A stretch of 64,000 nucleotides of DNA from Candidatus Aenigmatarchaeota archaeon (GCA_043799675.1 JAZDNN010000024.1:1-64000), one strand, 5' to 3'; numbered from the stretch's first letter, positions 1-10,162 are shown. Notes: generated by a model not told the origin, from the letters alone. Translations and numbers: made by a program.

Positions 1-170
1 GCAACGTCCCCGACCATCTTCATCCGCTCCAGGTCGAACCCGTTTATCCTGACCGAGCCTGCATTCATGTTCTTCGCCAGCTGCAGGTGCTGCTTCACGT
101 TCTCCCTTGTCATCATCCAGGGCTGCTTCGGGTCCAGCCCGGTTCCGTAGTTCACGCCCAGAAACTGCAT
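1..170 (-). CDS. Partial gene (N-terminus; runs off window start), possible glycoside-hydrolase-like TIM barrel
   Basis: Manual translation MQFLGVNYGTGLDPKQPWMMTRENVKQHLQLAKNMNAGSVRINGFD..., resembling the GxNY...D(L)xxxxxxxxNxVR start of GH-A-like barrels. Confidence 0.4.
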   Translation of the reverse strand, partial: MQFLGVNYGTGLDPKQPWMMTRENVKQHLQLAKNMNAGSVRINGFDLERMKMVGDV

Positions 171-255
171 GCCTAGGATTGTCAGAGGTGCAATAAAAGT
201 ATGGTATGAAAGGGCAATTGTACCTGTTTAAATCCTTTCCCGGAAAACAGATGAT

Positions 256-534
256 GTGAAAATCACCCAAGCGATGTACCTTGCACATGACATGATAATG
301 AGGGCGAAAGCCGGCAATGCGGGTGTTGCAATTCTCGGTTCCGCAGGAGCACCTCCTTTCTACAGGCCCAATTTATCCAATTTGAAGAATTCCATGGAAG
401 GTGTAAAGAGACGCATACCCCATGAGCATCAATATCGCGGGGCAGTCGCTGCATTGAAAACCAACTCAAAGGAACCCGGCGTCGGCGAAATGCTGAACGA
501 ACTTTACGAGGAATATCCGGAACTGCAAAAATAA
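256..534 (+). CDS. Hypothetical protein
   Basis: 92-aa ORF filling the gap before tRNA-Leu. Confidence 0.45.
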   Translation: MKITQAMYLAHDMIMRAKAGNAGVAILGSAGAPPFYRPNLSNLKNSMEGVKRRIPHEHQYRGAVAALKTNSKEPGVGEMLNELYEEYPELQK

Positions 535-535
535 T

Positions 536-698
536 TGGTGCGGGGGGAGAGATTCTCATAGCACTACAACCCGAAGGTTGCCAAAACGCCTTTAGGCGCT
601 TCGCGCTCATTCGAACTCTCGAAGGGACTAACCCACAAGGCCCTCAACCATGTGCTCCTTTCGGATTTGCACCTTTAACCTGGCTTGGCGACCCCCGC
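536..698 (-). tRNA. tRNA-Leu(GAG) with two BHB introns: 17 nt at 29/30 (650-666) and 57 nt at 59/60 (553-609)
   Basis: GCGGGGG acceptor stem, long variable arm, encoded CCA. Removing the introns restores the CAAGG/CCTTG anticodon stem and the TTCGAAT T-loop (89 nt mature). Confidence 0.9.
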
Positions 699-748
699 AA
701 GGATGCTTGTGGGCTGCAGTTTAAATCTGTTCAAGCCGCATCCAGCGC

Positions 749-2218
749 ATGCGCATCGAAATCTCGAGCCTGGGGCCGACGCAATGGGCGGGAGAAGCGC
801 TGGCCACGGGCGTGTTCAAGGAGGACAGCGACAGGTTCGGCGCGATGGACATACGCATGGACGGGGAGATACGGAAGCTCTTTTCCAGGGGGATGTTCGA
901 GGGCGACTGGAAACAGACGTACATGCTGGACACGCACGGCAAGCTGGATTGCGAAAGGCTGCTCCTGATCGGGCTCGGAGAAAGGAGCAAGTTCGATCTG
1001 GCCAGGCTCAGGAAAGCCTCCGCACTCGTCACGCGCTTCCTGAAGGAAGCCGGCATAAGCAACTTCGCGACAGACCTGCACGGCACGGGCCCGGGCAGCA
1101 CCGAGGAAAGGGCGCAGGCGGTGACCGAGGGGATGATGCTCGGAAACTACAGGTTCACAAGAAAGCATGAAGAAAAACCGAAGGGCATCGTGTCGGCGGT
1201 GCTGCTCGAACGGAACGACATGAACAGGGTGAGACGCGGGATAGAATCGGGGGAGGTCATAGCGGAATCCGTGAACCGCACCCGCAACCTGGTCAACGGC
1301 CCGGCGGGCGAAGTGACGGCCGATTTCCTGGCGGGAGAAGCGGCGAAACTGGCCAACAGGTACGGCCTGAAGATAACGGTCATAGGGAAGTCGGAAATGG
1401 AACTGCTGGGAATGAACGCCATACTCGCGGTGAACAAGGGAAGCGCGAGCGACCCGAAGTTCGTGATACTGGAATGGGACGGCGGGGGAAGAACGGTTGC
1501 CGTGGTAGGGAAGGGGATAACGTTCGACAGCGGCGGCCTGAACCTGAAGAACACGCCGAACATCAAGGACATGAAGAGCGACATGGCCGGTGCCGCGGTC
1601 GTAATCGGGCTCATGGAAGCCGCCGCGAGGCTGAGGCTTCCGGTCAGGCTGATAGGGGCGTTTGTGGCGACCGACAACATGCCCGGACCGAACGCAACCA
1701 GGCCCGGAGACATAATCACCGCGTACAACGGGAAGACCATCGAAGTGGTCAACACCGATGCGGAAGGGAGGCTCATCCTTGCCGACGCGCTTAGCTACGT
1801 GGAAAAGAACTACAGGCCGTCGGCAATCATAGACATTGCGACACTGACCGCGGCATGCGTGGTCGCGCTGGGACATCATGCGGCCGGGATGCTGGGCACG
1901 GATGAGAAGCTGGCGGAAATGATGACCGCCGCAGGCAGGAAGACGGGGGAAAGGGTGTGGCAGCTGCCGTTGTGGGACGAATACAGGGAGATGGTAAAGG
2001 GGGACCTGACGGACATGGTCAACAGCGGCAAGGAAGACGTGCTGGGGCCCGGTGCCATAACCGGGGCGGCATTCCTGAGCAACTTCGTTGAAGGCACCCC
2101 GTGGGCGCACCTTGACATAGCCGGGACCGCATGGGTCCCGATGGTGACCGAACTTCATCCGAAAGGGGCGACAGGCTGGGGAGTAAGGCTGCTGATAGAA
2201 CTGCTCAGAAACTATTAG
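749..2218 (+). CDS. pepA: Leucyl aminopeptidase (M17)
   Basis: VGKGITFDSGG, MKSDMAGAA, NTDAEGRL, DIATLT, HLDIAG motifs. Confidence 0.95.
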   Translation: MRIEISSLGPTQWAGEALATGVFKEDSDRFGAMDIRMDGEIRKLFSRGMFEGDWKQTYMLDTHGKLDCERLLLIGLGERSKFDLARLRKASALVTRFLKEAGISNFATDLHGTGPGSTEERAQAVTEGMMLGNYRFTRKHEEKPKGIVSAVLLERNDMNRVRRGIESGEVIAESVNRTRNLVNGPAGEVTADFLAGEAAKLANRYGLKITVIGKSEMELLGMNAILAVNKGSASDPKFVILEWDGGGRTVAVVGKGITFDSGGLNLKNTPNIKDMKSDMAGAAVVIGLMEAAARLRLPVRLIGAFVATDNMPGPNATRPGDIITAYNGKTIEVVNTDAEGRLILADALSYVEKNYRPSAIIDIATLTAACVVALGHHAAGMLGTDEKLAEMMTAAGRKTGERVWQLPLWDEYREMVKGDLTDMVNSGKEDVLGPGAITGAAFLSNFVEGTPWAHLDIAGTAWVPMVTELHPKGATGWGVRLLIELLRNY

Positions 2219-2493
2219 GCCGCTTTCAGATGCTCGGGCCTTGCTATGGCCTTCTTCTTGGAATCCATGTCGTATACCTCGACAACATAGGCGCGGCCGC
2301 GCTTTTCCACAACGACACCCGTCTTGCCGTTGAGCCGCCTGAAGGGCATGCCCTTCTGCTGGTTGCTGGATATCCTGATAGCGACCTTCTGACCGATGTC
2401 AAAATTCTGGATTATCCTGTTTACCGTAAGCTTTTTCGGGCCGCGGAACCTGTCGCGCGTCCTCTTCCTTGCGCCGTGGGATTTGACTACCAT
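2215..2493 (-). CDS. rpl21e: 50S ribosomal protein L21e
   Basis: KSHGARKRTR...GMPFRRLNGKTG...RPEHLK. Confidence 0.95.
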   Translation of the reverse strand: MVVKSHGARKRTRDRFRGPKKLTVNRIIQNFDIGQKVAIRISSNQQKGMPFRRLNGKTGVVVEKRGRAYVVEVYDMDSKKKAIARPEHLKAA

Positions 2494-2540
2494 CCGAACA
2501 CCAATGAGACTTTTATGCTGCCGCATAGTATTTAAGGCTC

Positions 2541-3113
2541 ATGGAGAAGACGGTCGTCATAGGGCTCACGGGCATGGCCGGCAGCGGAAAAAGCACCGCC
2601 GGACGCTACCTGAAGGAGAAGTACGGTTTCGAATTCATCGTGATGTCCGACATAATCAGGGCGGAGGCTGAACGGAGGGGTTTTCTCAAGCACACGGACC
2701 TGGAAGCGCAGAAAGCGATTATATCAAAGTTCGGGGTCCTGTGGAGGGAAGAGACCGGCGAAGACCAGATAGTGGCCGAGAAGACGATAGAGATGATGAA
2801 AAAAGTGAAGCTGCACAAGGTGGCCGTTGACGGGTTCCGCTCGCCGGGCGAGGTCGAACTGTTCAGGAAAACGTTCGAAGGATTCAAGCTCATCTATGTG
2901 AGGGCGGACCCCGACGTCCGCTGGAAACGGAGGCTGGAGCAGGACCCGAAAGCCAAACGCAATGACTTCGATTCGCGGGACAAGCGGGATTCGCAGATGA
3001 TGGGCATGCGCGAGGTGCTGGAAATGGCCGACATGACGGTGGAAAACAGCGGCCCTGTCACGGAGCTGCACAAGAACATGGACAAGGCGATGCACAAGCT
3101 TCTCAGTATTTAG
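2541..3113 (+). CDS. P-loop nucleotide kinase (dephospho-CoA kinase-like/UPF0200)
   Basis: GLTGMAGSGKST, VDGFRSPGE. Confidence 0.85.
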   Translation: MEKTVVIGLTGMAGSGKSTAGRYLKEKYGFEFIVMSDIIRAEAERRGFLKHTDLEAQKAIISKFGVLWREETGEDQIVAEKTIEMMKKVKLHKVAVDGFRSPGEVELFRKTFEGFKLIYVRADPDVRWKRRLEQDPKAKRNDFDSRDKRDSQMMGMREVLEMADMTVENSGPVTELHKNMDKAMHKLLSI

Positions 3114-3570
3114 CGACCGTGTCGTTCAGGACCACGAGCTCGATTCCGGCCTGCCTGAACGCGTCCCTGGTTATTTCGCTGTCCTTGTATTGCATCTGGC
3201 AGACCACGCGCCTTATTCCGGCGCTAATCACCGCCTTCGCGCAATCCCAGCACGGTTCCATGCGGCAGTAAAGGGTGGAATCCTTGAGGGAAACGCCGTG
3301 CAAGGCGGCCTGGACTATGGCGTTCATCTCGGCATGGGTGGTACGTATGCAGTTCTGGGTCTCCGTCCCGTCGGGCTTTATGGACTTCTTGAACATGTGG
3401 CCCACCTCATCGCAGTGCGGGAGGCCCTTCGGGGCGCCAACATAACCGGTGGAAATTATCCGCCTGTCCCTCACGATGACGGCTCCGGAACGCGCACGCT
3501 CGCAGGTCGCCCTCGTGGAAACGGCCTCCATTATCCCCAAAAAATACTCGTCCCAGGACGGGCGTTGCAT
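3103..3570 (-). CDS. dCMP deaminase family protein
   Basis: RPSWDEYF, HAEMNAI, PCWDC zinc motifs. Confidence 0.92.
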   Translation of the reverse strand: MQRPSWDEYFLGIMEAVSTRATCERARSGAVIVRDRRIISTGYVGAPKGLPHCDEVGHMFKKSIKPDGTETQNCIRTTHAEMNAIVQAALHGVSLKDSTLYCRMEPCWDCAKAVISAGIRRVVCQMQYKDSEITRDAFRQAGIELVVLNDTVAKY

Positions 3571-3609
3571 GAAACAGACTTGGCGAACAGGAATAAATAG
3601 GTTCTACAA

Positions 3610-4845
3610 TTAGAGCGAAATCTTCCCTATCCTTACGACATCAAGCTCGGTGACCTTCGCTTCGACCCCCAGCAATTCGGCCACGCTCGGCTTGGTCCTG
3701 CCATTGTCCCCGCTGACCAGCTCCTTGATGTAAAGTCCCGAGCTGCCTGAAACGACAAGCTCTAGCTTTTTAGGGGCAAGCAATTTCCACTTCAACGTCT
3801 TCACGTCGCGCCTGCGCAACAGCTCGGCCCTTCGGTGGAGCACCCTCTGGGGGGTCTGCTGGTTGATGGTCCCCACGAGTTCCCTGAGCTTTGCCAGGTC
3901 CTTCTGTCTGATTGCGGACTTCAGGCTGACCAGCGCGCGGTACGACTTGTCCGGCGAGGCCTCCTTGATCTTCCGGACGGTGGCCATGTCGGATATCCTC
4001 AGCTTGCTTACGGCCACCTTCCTTCCCCTTGCAACCATCTTCTCGAGCTTCCTGAGGTCGATGGTCCTCTTCGAAGGCTTCTCGATCTCGATGACAAAGG
4101 CCCTCCAATCCAGGCAGCGGGCATCGATATCCTCACGCCCCGCGCCGTGGAACTTGGTGTCCTTCCCTCCCGCCAGTTTCACCAGAGGCCTTCCTATCTC
4201 CTCCTCGATGCTGGTCCTGTAATGCATCGGGGTCCCCCATTTGCTCTGCGGGAAACCGCGCTTGAGCTTCTTGTAGTAACCGAAAATGAAAAGCGGATGG
4301 ACGGTGATGTTGACCTTGCCGGTCCCGAGGTCAAGCAGGACCGCGATGTCGGGCTTCTTCAGTTCGGCATGCTTTCCCGTCAATATTTCGACCTTCTTCC
4401 CGACCTCCCTGTTCATCTCGGCGCGCAAGGGCTCGGCAAAATCTATCCCGACCTTGCTCCAGAGCTTCTCCTCCCTGTCAAGCAAATCCTGCGACAGCTG
4501 GGTGCCGACAAGGAAGGTGGAAAAACCGGTCTTTGAAACATGCTTTGCAATCTTTCCGGCCAGCTTCTCAAGCCCTCCCTGGAAAAACCCGTTGCAGACC
4601 TCGCAGACGCCCTCCTTCTTCTCGAGCTTCTGAAAATCATGGTTGGTCCTGAAAGTAAAATCAACAAAGTTTCCGGGATTGATGCCTTCGAACTTCGCTC
4701 CGCTGTCGATTGCAAGTGCCAGAGCCGTTCTTAGCGCATGCCCACGCTCGGCATTCGTGTAGCCTGAAAGAAGTTGAGAGAATTGCCTGCCGAGGCAATG
4801 GTCGCAGCAATACCAGTCCAGAACTTTCGCCACGCGGTCAAGCAT
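3610..4845 (-). CDS. pus10: tRNA pseudouridine(54/55) synthase Pus10
   Basis: CDHCLGRQF, FHGAGREDIDAR, QQTPQRVLHRRA, GLYIKELVSGD. Confidence 0.93.
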   Translation of the reverse strand: MLDRVAKVLDWYCCDHCLGRQFSQLLSGYTNAERGHALRTALALAIDSGAKFEGINPGNFVDFTFRTNHDFQKLEKKEGVCEVCNGFFQGGLEKLAGKIAKHVSKTGFSTFLVGTQLSQDLLDREEKLWSKVGIDFAEPLRAEMNREVGKKVEILTGKHAELKKPDIAVLLDLGTGKVNITVHPLFIFGYYKKLKRGFPQSKWGTPMHYRTSIEEEIGRPLVKLAGGKDTKFHGAGREDIDARCLDWRAFVIEIEKPSKRTIDLRKLEKMVARGRKVAVSKLRISDMATVRKIKEASPDKSYRALVSLKSAIRQKDLAKLRELVGTINQQTPQRVLHRRAELLRRRDVKTLKWKLLAPKKLELVVSGSSGLYIKELVSGDNGRTKPSVAELLGVEAKVTELDVVRIGKISL

Positions 4846-4868
4846 AACCCAGATTCACCGCCGTTCTT

Positions 4869-5462
4869 TTAAAGCCCGTTACGGTCGGCAATCCAATGGA
4901 GCACATTGATGACCGAGCTTGCGAGATATGGGGTCGAACCCAAACTGAGCTTCTTCTTCGCATAGCGCATCACGAACGCCTCATCGTTGGCAGGCATGCC
5001 GATATGATCACCAAGAACTAGGACAGGGTCATTTTCGAGCTTGACATCCTCAATCGGTTCTCCTTTTTCGTGCAGAACATAAATCGGCTTTTCCTTCAGT
5101 TCCCTGATTATTTCTTGGAAGCTCTTGGTGGAAACGTAAATGCCTTGCTGCTTTTCCTCCCAATCCTTTGAAACCGGACCTGACAACGCCGATTTTATCT
5201 GCCCGCCGATGCTCCGTTCATCGGGCCGCACGCCCGCAAGCTCGGAACTGATTATCTTCAACGTGACGGGAGAGTTGGGCGGACCGCACAATACCGCATA
5301 AAACACGACGTCCTTGCGCATCGCGTGGCTGATGAACAATGCCGAGGATATGCACCTTGCCACAACGTCCATCCTGCCGCCGCTGGAAGGCATATCGTCG
5401 AGGTTGAACTTGTCATCGGTCCTGGCCTTGCGGGCAAGCAAAACGAAGGTACGCATTTTCAA
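4869..5462 (-). CDS. trmY: tRNA pseudouridine(54) N1-methyltransferase (SPOUT)
   Basis: GRMDVVARC, RPDERS, VLGDHIG; adjacent to pus10. Confidence 0.9.
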   Translation of the reverse strand: MKMRTFVLLARKARTDDKFNLDDMPSSGGRMDVVARCISSALFISHAMRKDVVFYAVLCGPPNSPVTLKIISSELAGVRPDERSIGGQIKSALSGPVSKDWEEKQQGIYVSTKSFQEIIRELKEKPIYVLHEKGEPIEDVKLENDPVLVLGDHIGMPANDEAFVMRYAKKKLSLGSTPYLASSVINVLHWIADRNGL

Positions 5463-6790
5463 CCAAGCCCTTTGAAGCGCTTTGCCAGATTGGCCAGAGC
5501 GCCCCGCTTCATTCCTGCACCGCCGCCGAGCTGTTTCATCAGCCGCTTGGTCTGCTCGTAACCTTTCAGGAGCTCGCGGATGTCGGCTTCGGGGACACCG
5601 GAACCCTTTGAAATCCGCAGGATGCGGGACGGTGTAATAATGGACGGGTCTGCCCTTTCTGCGGGCGTCATGCTCTCAATCGCGTACTTCCACTTCTTCA
5701 TCTTTCCTTCCTGCTTGCTTACGTCCACGTTCTTGGGCAGCTTCATGCCGCCCGGCATCATCCCCAAAACATCGCCGAGCGGGCCCATGTTCTGCATCGC
5801 CTTTATCTGCTCGTAGAAATCATCGAGCGTGAACTTCGACTCCATCATCCGCTCCACCATCTTCTCGGCCTTTTCAGGGGCAATTGCCTCCTTCGCTTTT
5901 TCAACCAATGCCTGAATATCCCCCCAGCCGATAAGCCTGCTGACAAACCGGTCCGGCTCGAACACCTCGAGGGCATCGCTCTTCTCCCCGGTTCCTATCC
6001 ACTTTACCGGCGCACCCGTCACCGCTGCAGCAGTAAGGGCACCGCCGCCCTTTGCGGTGCCATCCAACTTTGTGATTATGACGCCGGTGATGTGGACGGC
6101 CTTCTGGAAAGCGTCCGCCTGGACCCTTGCGGCTTGACCGAGGTCTGCGGGTATCACCAAAATACGCTCATCGGGCTTGGCTATCTCATTCAGGGTCTTC
6201 AGCTCGTTTATCATGCTGCCGTCAAGCGCATCGCGGCCGGAGCTGTCTATGATTATCACGTCAGCCTTGAGCTTCTGCAGGGCGTTCCTCAGGACCTTTG
6301 CGCTGTCCTTCTCCCCCTTCTCGCCGTAGAAACCGGCATGCACCTGCTCGCTCAGCTGCTTTAGCTGTTCGTAAGCGGCGGGCCTCACCACATCGCATGC
6401 CACAAGGGCCGGCTTGAGACCTCTTTTCTGGTAGAAGCGGGCGAGCTTGCCTGCGGTGGTCGTTTTTCCGGAACCGAACAGGCCGCAAAGCAGGATTTTT
6501 CCGGGCTTTATCGCAACAGAGCCTCCGCTGCCGACCAGCCTGACAAGCTCCTCGTAAACCACGCGGACAACGTGCTCGCGGGCGGTCTGACCCGGCTTGG
6601 GCTTCTCGTCGAGACTTCTCTTCCGTATCCTGTCCGCCAGTTCCTGCGCCAGCCTGACATCGACGTCGCCCGAGAGCAATGCACGCTGGATGTCCTTCGC
6701 CAGCTCATCCACCGCGGCCTTGTCAATCGAGCCGGCACCGGCCAGTTTCTTCAGGGCGGAGCGCAGTCCCTCCCCAAGCTTATCGAGCAT
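5459..6790 (-). CDS. srp54: Signal recognition particle protein SRP54
   Basis: GLFGSGKTTT, DSSGR, TKLDGTAKGGGAL, Met-rich M domain; start placed at MLDKLG. Confidence 0.95.
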   Translation of the reverse strand: MLDKLGEGLRSALKKLAGAGSIDKAAVDELAKDIQRALLSGDVDVRLAQELADRIRKRSLDEKPKPGQTAREHVVRVVYEELVRLVGSGGSVAIKPGKILLCGLFGSGKTTTAGKLARFYQKRGLKPALVACDVVRPAAYEQLKQLSEQVHAGFYGEKGEKDSAKVLRNALQKLKADVIIIDSSGRDALDGSMINELKTLNEIAKPDERILVIPADLGQAARVQADAFQKAVHITGVIITKLDGTAKGGGALTAAAVTGAPVKWIGTGEKSDALEVFEPDRFVSRLIGWGDIQALVEKAKEAIAPEKAEKMVERMMESKFTLDDFYEQIKAMQNMGPLGDVLGMMPGGMKLPKNVDVSKQEGKMKKWKYAIESMTPAERADPSIITPSRILRISKGSGVPEADIRELLKGYEQTKRLMKQLGGGAGMKRGALANLAKRFKGLG

Positions 6791-6901
6791 CAAAACGCCT
6801 CCGCAGGCGTGCGGAATACGACAATTCGCTGCTTGCTCATACAATGCCTTCAGCCCCCAAGTTTAAAAAAAGGCTTTATACTCGAAGGTACAACACTATG
6901 T

Positions 6902-7405
6902 ATGCGGGCTATCGGGCTCGACCTCGCCGGGAGGGCGACAAACCCGACCGGCTTCTGCCTCCTGACGGAAGAGGGGGAGACCAAGACCAGCGATACGAAG
7001 CTGCTTTTTTCAGACGAAGAACTGGTGACCTCCATAGAGGCTGCCAAGCCGGACGTGATAGCCGTTGATGCGCCGTTCTGGTTCCCGCACGGCCCGATGG
7101 GAAAGGTGGTCCCGTTCAGGAATTCCGAGCTGCTTCTGATGAAAAGGGGCTTCAGGCCGCTTTCTCCTGCACTTCCGACCATGCAGGAACTGGCGATGAG
7201 GGCGGGCAGGCTGGTGAAGGTCCTGCGCGACCGCGGCTACAGGGTCATAGAGGTGTTCCCAAGGGCATCGGAACGTATCCTTGGTCTCAGCAAGGAGCCT
7301 AGGAAGAACCAGGATGAATACGATGCCTTGCTTGCAGCTTTGACAGGAAAATCATTTCTTGAAGGGAAGTTTGAGGACTTGGACGGAATCGTGATACCGA
7401 AGTGA
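6902..7405 (+). CDS. DUF429-like RNase H-fold protein
   Basis: IGLDLAG...AVDAP...IEVFP...DALLAA. Confidence 0.75.
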   Translation: MRAIGLDLAGRATNPTGFCLLTEEGETKTSDTKLLFSDEELVTSIEAAKPDVIAVDAPFWFPHGPMGKVVPFRNSELLLMKRGFRPLSPALPTMQELAMRAGRLVKVLRDRGYRVIEVFPRASERILGLSKEPRKNQDEYDALLAALTGKSFLEGKFEDLDGIVIPK

Positions 7406-7580
7406 GTGCATGCGCAAGTATGATGACGGTGTCGAGCAGCTGGGCGGGATTCCGCCTCATGCCTGGTACATAACCGGTCCGCAGGCAATCTACATGAAAC
7501 GGCAGGAAAAGAAACCGATCACTCCCGCGCAAAACAGGGAAGCGGTCAGAGAGATAAAGAAGATTTTCGGGATGAAATAA

Positions 7581-7871
7581 TCAAGCAACGTATCTCGCTC
7601 TCAACGGCCTGCAATCGAATTTGTTGTTGCGGTCATCCGACCAACTTGCTATTATATCGACTTCGGTAATCTGCTCGGGAAGATTCTGGGGAACAATCCT
7701 GACTTCGGCGGGCCGGAAGCCGCTCATCACATAAACATGATGCGCATCCTGTTGACCGAATATCGAATTCAGGTCTTCAAACGTCTTGCCGGCCGCATAT
7801 GTCGCTGCAATAAATTTCATATATGTTGGCAATCTGTCGAACTGATCCGTCTTCTCAACACGTACGGGCAT
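7581..7871 (-). CDS. Hypothetical protein
   Basis: ORF downstream of ftsY; start placed at MPVRVEK. Confidence 0.45.
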   Translation of the reverse strand: MPVRVEKTDQFDRLPTYMKFIAATYAAGKTFEDLNSIFGQQDAHHVYVMSGFRPAEVRIVPQNLPEQITEVDIIASWSDDRNNKFDCRPLRARYVA

Positions 7872-7902
7872 GAGAAATGTATGCAGGATAAAGAATAAAT
7901 AA

Positions 7903-9078
7903 TCAACCCAGCAAGCCGTCAGCGACCTTCTTGGCATCGAACTTCTGCAGGTCCTTGTAATCCTGGCCGACACCGATGTACAGGATGGGCTTCTTGATTG
8001 CCCAGGCGGTTGAAAGAACAGCACCTCCCTTCTCGTAAACGTCGGCCTTTGTGAGAATGACACCATCCACTCCAACAGCCGCGTTGAAGGTCCTTGCCTG
8101 CTCGACGGCATCGTTGCCTGTCAAACAATCGACCACCAGAATCTTCAGGTCGGGCTTGTTCACCCTGATTATCTTCTTCATCTCGTCCATCAGGCCCGCG
8201 TTGGAATGGCTCCTTCCGGCAGTATCGGCAAGCACAATGTCCAGCTTCCTGCTCTCCGCCGCCTTTACCGCATCAAAGATAACGGCGGCAGGGTCCGCGC
8301 CGTACTTGTGCTTCACCACCGGGATGCCCAGCTTCTCACCATGGATTTCTATCTGCTCCTGGGCTGCGGCGCGCCATGTATCGGCTGCAGCAAACAACGG
8401 GCTCAGGCCTTTCTCCTTGAGCATGTAACCCAAACGGGCAATCGTGGTCGTCTTGCCTGTCCCGTTGAAACCAAGAAAAATGACCTTCAGCGGCTTCTTT
8501 GTCTTGACCAGTTCGAAAATATCGACATCCGGCTGGTTAAGTATTTCATAGACGGACTTCCTCAGGCTCTCGCGGATGGTGCTTTCCACCTGCCCGCGGG
8601 AAATGCTCTTGCCAACAAGGGCACTCTTAAGATCATTAACAATCTTCTCAGCGACCTCCAAGGCGACATCGGATTCCAACAGGCCTGTCTGGATATCGCC
8701 CAGGACAGGAAGAACGTCCTTCTCCTCGATTTCCTTTTCGGTGATCGCTTTCTTCAGGCGCTCGAACAGGCCGCGCTTGGGCTTCTGCTCTGCCGCATGC
8801 TCAGCAACCGCCTCCTTGACGTCCTTGACAATCTCCTTCTTCACTTCGGGCGGGACTTCCTGAACAGTCTCCTCGGGAACGAGCTCCTCTTCTATCGGCA
8901 GTTCGGTCGCGCCCGCCTTGGCTTCAACTTCAACGGGGGCAGGTTCAACAGGAACGGGCTTCGCTTCCTCAATCTGCTCGGCCAGGTGCTCCTCGGCCTT
9001 CTGCCCATCCTCTCCCCTGATGGCCGAGGCTATCTTCTCGACAGATTCCTTCAACTTCTTCTTCAGGAAGCCGAACAT
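7903..9078 (-). CDS. ftsY: SRP receptor FtsY
   Basis: Acidic N-terminus, GFNGTGKTTT, DTAGR, TKAD..KGG. Confidence 0.95.
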   Translation of the reverse strand: MFGFLKKKLKESVEKIASAIRGEDGQKAEEHLAEQIEEAKPVPVEPAPVEVEAKAGATELPIEEELVPEETVQEVPPEVKKEIVKDVKEAVAEHAAEQKPKRGLFERLKKAITEKEIEEKDVLPVLGDIQTGLLESDVALEVAEKIVNDLKSALVGKSISRGQVESTIRESLRKSVYEILNQPDVDIFELVKTKKPLKVIFLGFNGTGKTTTIARLGYMLKEKGLSPLFAAADTWRAAAQEQIEIHGEKLGIPVVKHKYGADPAAVIFDAVKAAESRKLDIVLADTAGRSHSNAGLMDEMKKIIRVNKPDLKILVVDCLTGNDAVEQARTFNAAVGVDGVILTKADVYEKGGAVLSTAWAIKKPILYIGVGQDYKDLQKFDAKKVADGLLG

Positions 9079-9107
9079 AACCGGAAAAGAGCGCAGAACC
9101 TTTTAAA

Positions 9108-9533
9108 TCATCGTTCCTGCAGCATCGCTTCTATCTGGGGCTGGAGGCGGACCAGATCCGATTCAACGGCCGAGAGCTGCTGGCTGAGCTTGTTCACGTG
9201 CTTCTGCAGTTCCTCGAGCTTGCCGTCCAGAATCCTGATTGCCTCGGCGCGCGGCTTCTTCAGCACCGCACTGCCGCCTATGCTTATCACGACCTTGTCG
9301 GCCTTCTCTATCCTGCCCGGAACGAAGTTGTCGCAGCCTATGGGGAGCAAAGCATCTGCCGGCTTGATATCGCCCAACAGCTCAAGCGTGGATTTTGTCT
9401 GCGCAATCTCGTTGGCCTTCGTCACGGCCTGCTCCAGCTGCTGGCGCAGGTTCTGGTGGGTGTTCTGCAGGACCTGGAACTGCATCATCTTGGTCTGAAG
9501 CTGCTGCTCCCTCTCGGCCTTTTCATTAGCCAT
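9108..9533 (-). CDS. pfdA: Prefoldin alpha subunit
   Basis: Coiled coils flanking LLPIG...VVISIGG; conserved position between rpl31e and ftsY. Confidence 0.88.
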   Translation of the reverse strand: MANEKAEREQQLQTKMMQFQVLQNTHQNLRQQLEQAVTKANEIAQTKSTLELLGDIKPADALLPIGCDNFVPGRIEKADKVVISIGGSAVLKKPRAEAIRILDGKLEELQKHVNKLSQQLSAVESDLVRLQPQIEAMLQER

Positions 9534-9640
9534 ACGCATAGCAACTCCCGCCTTCGGCGGCAAAATTGTTATTGGCAGCTCTGCTGCTCATGCCACATTG
9601 CACCTGCAGCCTTCGGCTGCCAATCATCATTTGCGTATAA

Positions 9641-10093
9641 TCACTTCTTCTCTTCCATCTCGGACTTCTGTTTCACCGGCTCTGCCTGCTTTTCAGCGGC
9701 TCCCTTCTCTTCCTGTATCTCCTTCTCGAGCGTCATCTTCTTCCTCTCCTTCCTCTCTTCCTTTATCCGCTGCTTCTTCTCCGCCTTCTTTTCCTTCTTC
9801 TTCTTCTCGTCGGCTGCGGTGGGCGTCTTGATATCGATACCGACCAATTCGCTGTAAACTATGCCCTCATGCCTGCGGACATGAATCCTGACCTTGCGCG
9901 GCGGGTGCTGGATGCCGCGGGTCCAAAGCATGTCATTTATCGAAGTCCCTATCTTCACGTTGTCGCTCTTCATGTGCTTCTCCAGGAACTTGCGGACAAG
10001 CAACGCGGCCTTCTTGGCCCTGCGCGTCCTGGGAGCGAGCCAGGCGTCGCGAAGCGGCACCATGTAGATCCTTTCTTCGGTCTTTTCAGCCAT
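9641..10093 (-). CDS. rpl31e: 50S ribosomal protein L31e with charged C-terminal tail
   Basis: ERIYMVPLR...RRAKKA...WTRGIQHPPRKVRI. Confidence 0.93.
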   Translation of the reverse strand: MAEKTEERIYMVPLRDAWLAPRTRRAKKAALLVRKFLEKHMKSDNVKIGTSINDMLWTRGIQHPPRKVRIHVRRHEGIVYSELVGIDIKTPTAADEKKKKEKKAEKKQRIKEERKERKKMTLEKEIQEEKGAAEKQAEPVKQKSEMEEKK

Positions 10094-10162
10094 CTAGAAG
10101 CACCTGCCGCCTCTGGCGGCCAATTGTTCTTGGTTCAATTCATGAACATGCATACCATTCAC

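Noticed and set aside
731..2158. Long antisense ORFs (731-2158, 8206-9498, 26460-27638, 35504-37003, 50286-51332 and similar)
   Set aside because: They are shadows of well-supported genes on the opposite strand, expected from GC-rich codon bias.
6791..6844. Hairpin leader upstream of srp54 as an intron or SRP-RNA mimic
   Set aside because: A hairpin (TCCGCA-cgcc-TGCGGA) is present, but I could fit neither BHB geometry nor an SRP helix-8 motif.
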